Shown piece by piece: positions 9,451 to 21,100 of a stretch of 64,000 bases of DNA. Location of the stretch: NCBI RefSeq assembly GCF_964355755.1, contig NC_092679.1, forward strand, positions 8,462,201 through 8,526,200, given 5' to 3'. Position 1 is the first letter of the stretch. Every line of letters begins with the position of its first letter. The stretch comes from Antedon mediterranea. Taxonomy: Eukaryota > Animalia > Echinodermata. Made by a program: the position numbers and the translations under genes. The notes below the pieces were generated by a model. That model was not told the DNA's origin. It saw nothing but the letters and a program-made list of their open reading frames with translations, and did no database searches.

Positions 9451-10144
9451 ATAACGCATTTATTATTTAACATATTTATACAAGATTTCACAATAAATTA
9501 TAAATGCACTTGTTTTATATTGTGCTCCTGTCTCCTGTCAAGTTTCAGTTTCATGAAAAGAAATGAGATCTGTAATTTAGAATCTATATGTAAATTATGG
9601 TATATTCTGACATAGGCGAGCACAATGGAAAAACTTTGGAACAAATTTCTGCCTTGGATACCTACCTGAACTATCTCAGGTGTACTGCGAAATGTAAAAC
9701 AGTTTTCACTATTACGATATTGTTCCATATGTCTATCTTAGGAATATATTATAAAGAGTTTTAAAACAAAATTTCTGATTCATCGGTAGATTTTCAACTC
9801 AATTTCAATTGTACGCGGTCAAAGTAATTTCCGGGTTCACGATGAGTTCACAGGTTCACCTTGCAACTACCTGGTTTCGTTAAGTTGGTCGTTAGTGGTT
9901 ATAGCTATTTTAGTTTTTTTGTTTTCGGATCGGACCGCGCGTGTGAAGGTACAGTAGTTAAAAAATAAAATCCCGATAGCCGAGTTTTATTGAGTAAGCT
10001 GGCAGGAATAACTGTAGGCTATCTGTGTCCCATTAGGGCCCATATTGCAAGCAGTCTAAAAACATCTTCCTTCTTGGGCCGAAACGGCCTACACTGTCGC
10101 GGAAGTTAGTTTCAAAAGATGTTTAAATGAAATAATGTATTATG

Positions 10145-10490
10145 ATGGTATTTATTTGTATAAACGCCTCCCCAATAAAACATCACTTTGAATAATAATC
10201 GCCTACACCCCCCCCCCCCAACCTACCCAACTATCTAATAAACGCCCATCTACATTAATTATACACACAATATTGTATATACTATTTATAATAGAATTCA
10301 TTACACTGTTAACTATAATTTACCAAGCATTTGTTATAATTTTTTGCCACTTTTCATATCTATTAGAGGATTTTATTTGATTATAAATGTTACGATATTA
10401 TTAAAACTAAAAAATCCTTCGAATAAGCATCTCCCTCAAATGAACTCTGCCTCCCCACCTCCGCCCTATTAAACAATAAACACTATACTT
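10145..10490. repeat. Degenerate cluster of AATAAACGCC-like motifs; possible decayed MITE
   Basis: ATAAACGCCTC (~10160), AATAATCGCC (~10194), AATAAACGCCC (~10237), GAATAAGCATC (~10421), AATAAACAC (~10475); no clean TIR pair. Confidence 0.3.
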
Positions 10491-11096
10491 TAAAATGTTA
10501 TTAATCATCTAAGACACTGTGAAACAGAGTAGGTTTAGTTTTTCGAATTTCAAGCATTTTCAATAATGGTAACCGACAGAAAACGTACAAGGAGAACGTC
10601 CTTCTAAAACCTTTTTACCCGAGTCATTATCCTTCCGAGAACCTTCGTTTACACTTCCTAGAGGGGAGCGAGCGAACTAGAGGTCTAACCCTCTAGTTAG
10701 ACGTAATTGATGTTGAATATTTGGTATAAATTGTTAATTTGTTCCATACTTTTGCAACTCCAACTTTGAACGATTATTTAATTTAATAGTCATAGTGGGG
10801 TATTATATATCTGTTATACAGGACATTGACAACTTTAGCCTTATATTTACAATTTACAATCCTGTGAGAAGTGACAACAATTTTAGAACATTGTGTACAA
10901 ACAACAATTTATGCACACATTTAAAAAAAATTATTTAAAGAATTTAATTTTTAGTGGCGGCCATTTTGAAATCCAAGATGGCCGACAGATTATCGCTTTA
11001 AATAGTTAGGATTGTATAATGGGTACAGTAATACCATCAAAACGGACTTGTTCCACATTCATAATTTGTATTATTGGTGATATTCTGATTTTTAAT

Positions 11097-12225
11097 GGGT
11101 GTCACGAAACCTAAGACCACGAAAGCTAAGACCCCCTAAGACCTAAGATCACGAAAGCTAAGACCCAAGACCTAAGGTTAAAAATATTTATCTTTCGCAC
11201 CTGCCTTGTATTTTAACTCCCAACATTTATTCTGAATACCACACCTTAGAATTGGCACTTTTATGAAAAAGAATCACATAAAAAGTAACAAATACAATTT
11301 TAAATTGATGATTTTACAGACGTTTTTCTCGCACACAAACTGTTTGCGAATTTCGCATGACTAGCCTACAGTACAGTAGGCCTACCCCGGTTCAATGTTT
11401 TTGTTTCTATGGAACGTCAAAAGAGCAAAAATTATATAAAGGGCTGAAAACTCTGTGGAGTCCATTTACAGTGTGGATGGAACAAATGTAAAATTAAAAT
11501 TGTAATGATAATAGTATAATCATGCAAGTACGAAGAAATAAATACTGGCAAATAAATTTTAATTTAAAAATCATGATAATAAGTTTTTTTGTTTCGTTTT
11601 CTTTCTGTTTTTATACTTGTACTATTATTGTTGCTCTTTTGGCGCTTCATAGAAACAAAAACATTGAGCATGGGGGAGCTCGAGGAGTTACAGGTAGAGA
11701 TATTATAGTTCACTATAATATCTCTATGAGGAGTATACAAAGAAACATGTCTGTAAAATCATCAATTGAAAGGATTTATTTATTTGTTTTTATGTGTTTC
11801 TCCTACTGAAAGTACTTATAAATCCTAATTTTAAAGTGTGGTATTCAGGATAAAGTTAGTCAACAAATTTGGAGTCAAAATACAAGAAAGGCAGGTGCGT
11901 AAGAAAAACATCCTCTGAACCAACACAATGGAGTAAATATATACTAACAAACAACCCGTCAAGTTTGTTTGTTGTAAAGAAAAAAATATACATTTACTCA
12001 ACGGGCGAAAATAATGTGAGTTTATCTATGTTTTGCGGTAGCATTTAATTATATTTATAGTAATAAATGAAACCTACTGTGTTTAAAATTATGTATGGTA
12101 AACAAGTATTGTTTTTAAGCTGTAGTATATCTTAGAATTTGTAATCTTAGGTCTTGGGTCTTAGCTTTCGTGATCTTAGGTCTTAGGGGGTCTTAGCTTT
12201 CGTGGTCTTAGGTTTCGTGACACCC
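11097..12225. mobile_element. Non-autonomous foldback/MITE-type DNA element with perfect 80-bp TIRs (superfamily uncertain, possibly MULE-like)
   Basis: 11097-11176 (GGGTGTCACGAAACCTAAGACCACGAAAGCTAAGACCCCCTAAGACC…) is the exact reverse complement of 12146-12225. The TIR is built of CTAAGAC subrepeats. A second internal inverted pair lies at ~11196-11254 / ~11827-11899. No coding capacity. Confidence 0.9.
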
Positions 12226-13035
12226 CCTCCTATCCCCTATCCTAATTATTAAACAAAAGCAAAGTGAACAATTGGTGTCAGTGCACCATTGTTCTTCATA
12301 CCCCACGGACGTCTCAACTAACCTAGGCCCTTTAGTTAGGCTAGCCTAGGACCGTAACCAGAAAAAGCCTACACAGTACCCAGGCCTACTACTAGGCCTA
12401 AAGTTAATAGGGCTACTACTACTAGTCGTCTAGCTAGCTAGTAAGTACGCTAGGCCTTATTATTATTATTATATTATTAATATTTTAATACTACTTATTA
12501 GAATAGTAAATTATTACAAACCTGTTTGCAAAACCAAGCTGGGCCTTGACGGAATTATATTCCACAAACTGGTCTTCGCTGAAGTGTTCAGAGCATACAC
12601 AAGAATACGGGCTGGCTTTTCAGTTTTTTCTCTTGGTTGCTACAACCTTTTCACACTTTTTTAAAAAAGGATTTGTCTTTAGGAAAGAAATGCAAACTGA
12701 CTCCATCTTTAGAAATGTTACTACACCCAAAGAAAACACACCGTTTCGGCATTTTTATGAGATAGATGCAAGATTGTCAACATGAACACATGGTACGGGC
12801 CAAGAAATAGTTTGTACACAGGAGGCGCGAAAAAGTTTCTTCATCTTATGACGTCACTATCAGAAGTTACTGGAAAATGTCGAAAAAACCTGAATAGTCG
12901 TGAACTGAGAGCAATTGCGCGAAATAGCAGAAAACACTTTAATTATGTCCTGAAAACGTTTAATTTATTGTTTGTTTAATGTCCATCAGGGGAAACAACT
13001 ATAATACTACTATTTTGCAAAAACTTCCATGATCT
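12226..13035 (-). mobile_element. 5' fragment of a THAP-encoding DNA transposon, Kolobok-like
   Basis: THAP exon at 12752-12522 and TGACGTCA at 12849-12856 upstream. The minus-strand terminus reads TTAA|AGATCATGG (TTAA at 13036-13039), matching Kolobok's TTAA target and RR terminus. The other end is missing. Confidence 0.55.
12522..12752 (-). pseudogene. THAP zinc-finger domain first exon, disrupted (frameshift + stop); absent from the ORF track
   Basis: MPKRCVFFGCSNISKDGVSLHFFPKDKSFFKK/(shift)EKVVATKRKN*KASPYSCVCSEHFSEDQFVEYNSVKAQLGFAN, followed by donor AG|GTTTGT at 12521. It shows the C-x4-C…FP…C-x2-HF THAP signature. Confidence 0.85.
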
Positions 13036-15345
13036 TTAAGCTATTTTCGTTTCCAAATACGATATTTAGCTATTTTGTGCACTTTGATGTTTTTCTATGA
13101 AAAGTTTTATCGTTATGCTCAAAATGGTCTAAAACGTTTCCAAATACGATATTAAGCTATTTTGTGCACTTTGATGTTTTTGTGTGAAAAGTTTTATTGA
13201 AATGCTCAAAATGGTCTAAAACGTTTCCAAATACGATATTAAGCTATTAAGCTATTTTGTGCACTTTGATGTTTTTGTGTGAAAAGTTTTATCAGAATGC
13301 TCAAAATGGTCTAAAACGGTTTCAAATGTGATTTTAAGCACTTTGATGTTTTTGTGTAACCAAGTTTCATCGAAATGCACAAATGATCTAAAACGTCTCC
13401 AAATGCGATTTGAAGATATTTTGTAGAATTTTATATTTTGTGTGAAAAAGTTTTATCGAAATGCTCAAAATGGTCTAAAACGCTCTAATGTGATTTGAAG
13501 CTATTTAGTACATTTTGATGTTTTGTGTGAAAAGTTTCATCGAAATGCACAAATTGGTCTAAAACGACCCCAATGCGATTTGAAGCTATTTAGTACATTT
13601 TGATGTTTTGTGTGAAAAGTTTTATCGAAATGCTCAAAACGGTCTAAAACGTTTTCAAATGCGATTTGAAGCTATTTAGTAAATTTTGATGTTTTGTGTG
13701 AAAAGTTTTATCGAAATGCTGTAAATGGTCTAAAACGTTTTCAAATGCGATTTGAAGCTATTTTGTACAATTTGATGTTTTCTGTGAAAAAGTTTCGTCG
13801 AAATGCTCAAAATGGTCTAAAACGTTTCCAAATGCGATTTGAAGCTATTTTTTATAATTTGATGTTTTGTGTGAAAAAGTTTTGTCAAAATGCTCAAAAT
13901 GGTCTAAAACGTTTCCAAATACGATATTAAGCTATTTTGTGCACTTTAATGTTTTTGTGTAAAAAGTTTTATCGAAATGCTCAAAATGTCTAAAACGTCT
14001 ACAAATGCGATTTGAAGCTATTTTGTACAATTTGATGTTTTGTGTGAAAAAGTTTTAACAAAATGCTCAAAATGGTCTAAAACGTTTCCAAATGCGATTT
14101 GAAGCTATTTTGTACAATTTGATGTTTTGTGTGAAAAAGTTTTGTCGAAATGCTAAAAATAGTCTAAAACGTTTCCAAATACGATATTAAGCTATTTTGT
14201 GCACTTTGATGTTTTTCTATGAAATGTTTTATCGTTATGCTCAAAATGGTCTAAAACGTCTCCAAATGCGATTTGAAGCTATTTTCTACAATTTGATGTT
14301 TTGTGTGAAAAAGTTTTATCGAAATGCTCAAAATGGTCTAAAACGGTTTCAAATGTATTTTTGTGTAACCAAGTTTCATCGAAATGCACAAATTGGTCTA
14401 AAACGACTCCAATGCGATTTGAAGCTATTTAGTACATTTTGATGTTATGTGTGAAAAGTTTTATCGAAATGGTCAAAATGGTCTATTTGAAGCTATTTTG
14501 TACAATTTGATGTTTTTTGTGCAAAGTTTTGTCGAAATGCTCAAAATGGTCTAAAACGTTTCCAAATACGATATTAAGCTATTTTGTAAACTTTGAGGTT
14601 TTTGTGTGAAAAGTTTTATCGAAATGCTCAAAATGGTCTAAAACGTTTCCAAATACGATATTAAGCAATTTTGTGCACTTTGATGTTTTTCTATGAAAAG
14701 TTGTATTGAAATGCTCAAAATGGTCTAAAACGTTTCCAAATACGATATTAAGCTGTTTTGTACACTTTGATGTTTTTCTATGAAAAGTTTGATCGAAATG
14801 CTCAAAATGGTCTAAAACGTCTCCAAATGCGAGTTGAAGCTATTTTGTACAATTTGATGTTTTGTGTGAAAAAGTTTTATCGAAATGCTCAAAATGGTCT
14901 AAATCGTTTCAAAATACGATATTAAGCTATTTTGTACACTTTGATGTTTTTGTGTGAAAATGGTCTAAAACGGTTTCAAATGTGATTTTTAAGCACTTTG
15001 ATGCTTTTTTGTAACCAAGTTTCATCGAAATGCACAAAATGGTCTAAAACGTCTCTAAATGCGATTTGAAGCTATTTTGTGCAGTTTGATGTTTTTGTGT
15101 GAAAAGTTTTATCGAAATGCTTCAAATGGTCTAAAACGATTTCAAATGTGATTTTAAGCACTTTGATGTTTTTGTGTAACCAAGTTTCATCGAAATGCAC
15201 AAAATGGTCTAAAACGTCTCCAATTGCGATTTGAAGATATTTTGTACAATTTGATATTTTGTGTGAAAAAGTTTTATCGAAATGCTCAAAATGGTCTAAA
15301 ATGGTTTCAATATGTGTTTTTGTGTAACCAAGTTTTTTCGAATTT
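13036..15345. repeat. 87-bp AT-rich satellite array, roughly 27 monomers, with at least three monomer variants
   Basis: CAAATACGAT recurs at 13054, 13141 and 13228 (period 87). Consensus approximately CAAATRCGATWTKAAGCTATTTTGTRCAMTTTGATGTTTTTGTGTGAAAAGTTTTATCGAAATGCTCAAAATGGTCTAAAACGTTTC. Confidence 0.95.
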
Positions 15346-15645
15346 AAAATAATTAAATCTACTTTATTAAAATAACCAAACTACAGTTATAAAACTATTT
15401 AAAAACTATAATAACAAACGAGCCTCCAGTGAAAGGGCGACCTCAATTTAGACGTGCGGTCGACATATTATAAGGTAATTAATTATAGCCGAAAACGATA
15501 AATTATCGATTTTCTTTGTTGAAAAGTGAGTATAGAATTATCAAAAGTGCATTCGAGTCTGAGAAATTACGCGTTTTTTACATTTTTTTCAAAAAAGACA
15601 CGATATTATTTTTAGTTTTCTTCATTAAAAAAAGAGTGTATATAA

Positions 15646-16480
15646 ATGTATGCTGATGACACCACTATTTTATATTCGCATAGTGACATTAATACACTAT
15701 TTGATGTTGTTAACAACGAACTTAAGTCTGTTTTAAAATATTTTTCAGCTAATAAACTTTCGGTAAACTTTAAAAAATGCAGTGCTATTATTTTTCACAG
15801 TCCTAACAAATCCTTCATTCTTGGAAATAACTTAATTTTGTTAAATTATATTAATATTCCGCTCACTGATACCGTCCAGTTTCTTGGAGTTTTCCTTGAC
15901 TCTAAATTAACATGGAAATGTCATTGATTCGGTTGCTTCGAAGGTTTAAAAAAATATAGGAATTATCTATAGGCTTTCTCACTATATCCCTTTAACAATT
16001 TTGCGTTTATTATATTCTTCTGTTATTTTGCCCTACCTAAATTATTGCAATATTGTTTGGGCTAATAATTACAAGACATCTATTGATAGACTTATTATTT
16101 TACAAAAAAAGGCCATTAGGCTTATTACCCATTCGAATCGTCTTTCTCATACTTCCCCTATTTTTTCCGTACATAATTTTCTTAAATTAGATGATATCAA
16201 TCTTTTTCAACAAATGTCATTTATTTATGACTTTTTAACAGCTGATTCTCCTTCATCTCATCTTTTCAAATTTAATCACGAAGTTCATAATTATAATACT
16301 CGTATTGCACAAGACCTACATTTGCCAAAACCAAGACTCACTGCCTTTAAACATTCAATCAGATATACTGGTCCCATGAATTGGAATAAAATTCCTTTTC
16401 AAATTAAACATTCGGCTACTAAATTTTTATTTAATTCAAATCTTTCCTCATTTCTAAATATTAATGTTTTCCCCTGGTGA
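15646..16480 (+). pseudogene. LINE ORF2 reverse transcriptase fragment, frameshifted at ~15925-15960
   Basis: ORFs 15646-15927 and 16001-16480 are consecutive parts of one RT/thumb/C-terminal region. Confidence 0.9.
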
Positions 16481-16740
16481 TGTGTGTTCGGGTGTTTCTG
16501 TGCATGTTCTGTTTGTTGATGTCTGTTTGTGTTGTGATTCGTGTCCTGTAAGTTTGTTCTGTACCTGTGTGTTTGTTGTTCTGTCTAACTTATTTATTAC
16601 TTCATTGTGTGGGCTTCCACATCACAGGCTTGCCTTTCGTGGATTGCCATCTTTTTTTCCACATGTTGCAGTTCTTTTTATATAAGGTATTATTTGATGT
16701 TATCAATATATTAAAAAAATAAAATTATTTATTTATTTAT
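15646..16740 (+). mobile_element. 5'-truncated non-LTR retrotransposon (L2 group, Crack-like): RT C-terminus, 3' UTR and tail
   Basis: YADD motif, NKLSVN, FLGVFLDSKLTWKCH, LYxSxILPYLNYCNIVW, LQKKAIR, HNYNTR, SIRYTGPxxWNxIP. Ends in an A-rich/(TTTA)n tail near 16713-16740. Confidence 0.9.
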
Positions 16741-16970
16741 ATATATTTACACAGTGCTATGCAACACAATTGATTTGTATTTATGTATGTGTGTGTGTGT
16801 ATGTATATAGCTCTGCTAACTTTTCTGGCTGTTTACTTTATCGTTTTGATTTAGTTTTTCGCTTTTTTTGTATCTCCATTGAGATCCAGCCACTGATACC
16901 CACAGCATTGTCATTTTTTTCAGTTATTTGCCTTTGGATTTATATATATTTGTATATATATATTTATATA

Positions 16971-17434
16971 TTCTTTGCCTGATTTGTTTATATATAAATA
17001 TTGTATATTTATATATATATATATATATGTAACTGAAAATAGTCTATATAGGCTATATATTTATATTATATTTCCTCATCTTTATCGTTTCAAATTAATT
17101 AATTAACATTTCAGTATATCGCCGGGCTGTTTAGAATTAATGTTTATTGTCTGATGAGTTTGTGTGTATGTATGTATGTATATATGTATATATACATATA
17201 TATAGGTGTGTGTGTATATATATACAAATTAATAAAATAATTAAATTAATGTTAATGTTCTTTGCCTGATTTGTTTATATATATAAATATGTATATTTAT
17301 ATATGTGTGTAACTAAAAATAGTCTATATAGGCTATATATTTATATTATATTTCCTCATCTTTATCGTTTCAAATTAATTAATTAAAATTTCAGTATATC
17401 ACCGGGCGGTTTAGAATTAATGTTCTTTTGCCTG
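16971..17434. repeat. ~170-bp direct duplication (16971-17144 / 17258-17424) within (TA)n/(TG)n low-complexity DNA
   Basis: TTCTTTGCCTGATTTGTTTATA…AAAATAGTCTATATAGGCTATATATTTATATTATATTTCCTCATCTTTATCGTTTCAAATTAATTAATTAA…TTTAGAATTAATGTT is present twice. Confidence 0.9.
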
Positions 17435-18153
17435 TCGTGTTTATATATTATATTAATGAAATGTATTATTTGTAACTCGTACTTACTTTTTTTTAATACC
17501 TTATTCATTTGTTTTATTATTGAATGAAAGAAAGAAAATTAATGTTTACGAGTTGAGTATTTACAAAACGATGAATTTTTATGTAAAATAACGTATTTTT
17601 GGTAAAATCAGCATATGTGCACCATTAAGTACACACATAAAAATCGCCGCGGAAACCATTTTCCCGATCTCAAATCGGGTTGAAACTCTGGAAAAACGAT
17701 CTTTTGGTGTTTTTTTACATAGGAAAAATATAACGTTATATGTTTCCAATGTAAAATAAATGTTTAAAGGACGATGTTGGTGAATGTTAAATAAAAAATA
17801 TGAAGACCTATCGTCCTCAGAACATTACTAAATTATTTCCCCAAAACGATATTTTTCATAAAAAACAAGGAAGATAACGTGTAAATCATTAGAGACATGA
17901 ATGTTAATTAGAGACTTAAATAATCACTCAGAAAAACGATATTTTAAAGACTTTTTATTGAATAGGTAGAGAAAGAGTAATAATTATATGTAAATCAGCA
18001 CATGTGCAATTCTCATAGTGACAGTCTCGCGGAGAGCAAACATGCACATGTGCCTATATCTGTGGAAAGTCCCCCTAGATTATCATCAAATGTGCACGTT
18101 TCTCACTGAAAACTGTAGGTGGCCGATGTGCATTTTTGCATGTGCGCTCTGGG

Positions 18154-21100
18154 GAGAGATAGATAGATAAGCGAGAGAGAGATAGGTCAGCGAGAGAGAG
18201 ATAGATCAGCGAGAGAGATAGATAGATCAGCGAGAGAGAGATAGATCAGCGAGAGAGAGAGAGAGTGAGAGATAGATCAGCTAGAGAGAGAGAGATAGAT
18301 CAGCGAGAGAGAGATAGATCAGCGAGAAAGAGAGATAGATCAGCGAGAGGGAGAGATAGATCAGCGAGAGAGATAGATAGATCAGCGAGAGAGAGAGATA
18401 GATCAGCGAGAGAGAGAGAGAGAGATAGATCAGCGAGAGAGAGAGATAGATCAGCGAGAGAGAGATAGATCAGCGAGAGAGAGATAGATCAGCGAGAGGG
18501 AGAGATAGATCAGCGAGAGAGAGAGATAGATCAGCGAGAGAGAGATAGATCAGCGAGAGAGAGATAGATCAGCGAGAGAGAGATAGATCAGCGAGAGAGA
18601 GATAGATCAGCGAGAGAGAGAGAGAGATAGATCAGCGAGAGAGAGAGAGATAGATCAGCGAGAGAGAGAAAGATCAGCGAGAGAGAGATAGGTCAGCGAC
18701 AGAGAGATAGATCAGCGAGAGAGAGATAGATCAGCGAGAGAGATATAGATCAGCGAGAGAGAGATAGATTAGCGAGAGAGAGAGATGGATCAGCGAGAGA
18801 GAGAGATAGATCAGCGAGATAGAGAAAGATCTGCGAGAGAGAGATAGATCAGCGAGAGAGAGATAGATCAGCGAGAGAGAGATAGATCAGCGAGAGAGAG
18901 ATAGATCAGCGAGAGAGAGATAGATCAGCGAGAGAGAGATAGATCAGCGAGAGAGAGATAGATCAGCGAGATAGAGAAAGATCAGCGACAGAGAGATAGA
19001 TCAGCGACAGAGAGATAGATCAGCGAGAGAGAGATAGATCAGCGAGAGAGATATAGATCAGCGAGAGAGAGAGATAGATCAGCGAGAGATAGATAGATGA
19101 GCGAGAGAGAGAGATAGATCAGCAAGAGAGAGATAGATCAGCGAGAGAGAGAGATAGATCAGCGAGAGCGAGATAGATTAGCGAGAGAGTGATAGATCAG
19201 CGAGAGAGAGATAGATCAGCGAGAGAGAGAGAGATAGATCAGCGAGAGAGAGATAGATCAGCGAGAGAGAGAGAGAGAGAGATCAGCGAGAGAGAGATAG
19301 ATCAGCGAGAGAGAGAGAGAGAGATCAGCGAGAGAGAGATAGATCAGCGAGAGAGAGATAGATCAGCTAGAGAGAGAGATAGATCAGCGAGATAGAGAAA
19401 GATCAGCGAGAGAGAGATAGATCAGCGACAGAGAGATAGATCAGCGAGAGAGAGATAGATCAGCGAGAGAGATATAGATCAGCGAGAGAGAGATAGATCA
19501 GCGAAAGATAGATAGATCAGCGAGAGAGAAAGAGATAGATCAGCAAGAGAGAGATAGATCAGCAAGAGAGAGATAGATCAGCTAGAGAGAGAGATAGATC
19601 AGCGAGAGCGAGATAGAATAGCGAGAGAGAGATAGATCAGCGAGAGAGAGATAGATCAGCGAGAGAGAGAGATAGATCAGCGAGAAAGAGATAGATCAGC
19701 GAGAGAGATAGATAGATCAGCGAGAGAGAGATAGATCAGCGAGAGAGAGAGAGATAGATCAGCGAGAGAGAGAGATATAGATCAGCGAGAGAGAGATAGA
19801 TCAGCGAGAGGGAGAGATAGATCAGCGAGAGAGAGATAGATCAGCGAGAGAGAGAGAGAGATCAGCAAGAGAGAGAGATAGATAGACGAGAGAGAGATAG
19901 ATCAGCGAGATAGAGAAAGATCAGCGAGAGAGAGAGATAGATCAGCGACAGAGAGATAGATCAGCGAGAGAGAGATAGATCAGCGAGAGAGATATAGATC
20001 AGCGAGAGAGAGAGATAGATCAGCGAGAGATAGATAGATGAGCGAGAGAGAGAGATAGATCAGCAAGAGAGAGATAGATCAGCGAGAGAGAGAGATAGAT
20101 CAGCGAGAGCGAGATAGATTAGCGAGAGAGAGATAGATCAGCGAGAGAGATAGATCAGTGAGAGAGAGAGAGATAGATCAGCGAGAGAGAGATAGATCAG
20201 CGAGAGAGAGATAGATCAGCGAGAGAGAGAGAGATCAGCGAGAGAGAGATAGATCAGCGAGAGAGAGATAGATCAGCTAGAGAGAGATAGATCAGCTAGA
20301 GAGAGAGATAGATCAGCGAGATAGAGAAAGATCAGCGAGAGAGAGATAGATCAGCGACAGAGAGATAGATCAGCGAAAGAGAGATAGATCAGCGAGAGAG
20401 ATATAGATCAGCGAGAGAGAGATAGATCAGCGAAAGATAGATAGATCAGCGAGAGAGAGAGAGATAGATCAGCAAGAGAGAGATAGATCAGCAAGAGAGA
20501 GATAGATCAGCGAGAGAGAGAGATAGATCAGCGAGAGCGAGATAGATTAGCGAGAGAGAGAAAGATCAGCGAGAGAGAGATAGATCAGCGAGAGAGAGAG
20601 ATAGATCAGCGAGAAAGAGATAGATGAGCGAGAGAGATAGATAGATCAGCGAGAGAGAGAGATAGATCAGCGAGAGAGAGAGAGAGATAGATCAGCGAGA
20701 GAGAGATATAGATCAGCGAGAGAGAGATAGATAAGCGAGAGGGAGAGATAGATCAGCGAGAGAGAGATAGATCAGCGAGAGAGAGAGAGAGATCAGCGAG
20801 AGAGAGAGAGATAGATAGGCGAGAGAGAGATAGATCAGCGAGAGAGAGATAGATCAGCGAGAGAGAGATAGATCAGCGAGAGAGAAAAAGATCAGCGAGA
20901 GAGAGATAGATCAGCGACAGAGAGATAGATCAGTGAGAGAGAGATAGATCAGCGAGAGAGATATAGATCAGCAAGAGAGATAGATCAGCGAGAGAGAGAT
21001 AGATCAGCGAGAGAGAAAAAGATCAGCGAGAGAGAGATAGATCAGCGAGAGAGAGATAGATCAGCGAGAGAGATAGATCAGCGAGAGAGAGAGATAGATC

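Larger units (their letters stand above)
7726..11096 (-). mobile_element. Older, decayed Academ-like element (opposite orientation); probably also includes 1125-1191
   Basis: Transposase remnants at 8500-8850. An inverted subterminal motif pair GACATTTTGAATTTCAAAATGGCCGCC (~8010-8036) / GGCGGCCATTTTGAAATCCAAGATGGC (~10956-10982) brackets them. Outer ends are not visible. Confidence 0.5.

Noticed and set aside
10675-10698. Hairpin AACTAGAGG-6nt-CCTCTAGTT as a Helitron 3' end or terminator
   Set aside because: Isolated 9-bp stem with no correctly spaced downstream CTRR end or other supporting element structure.
8530-11809. Short hydrophobic ORFs (8530, 9409, 9498, 11522)
   Set aside because: AT-rich chance ORFs within decayed or non-coding element sequence.
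12546-12979. Plus-strand ORFs 12546-12785 and 12782-12979
   Set aside because: The coding signal (THAP) is on the minus strand; these overlap its antisense and promoter region.
13694-14442. ORFs with 29-aa repeats
   Set aside because: They are translations of the 87-bp (29-codon) satellite monomer; neighbouring monomers have indels and stops.
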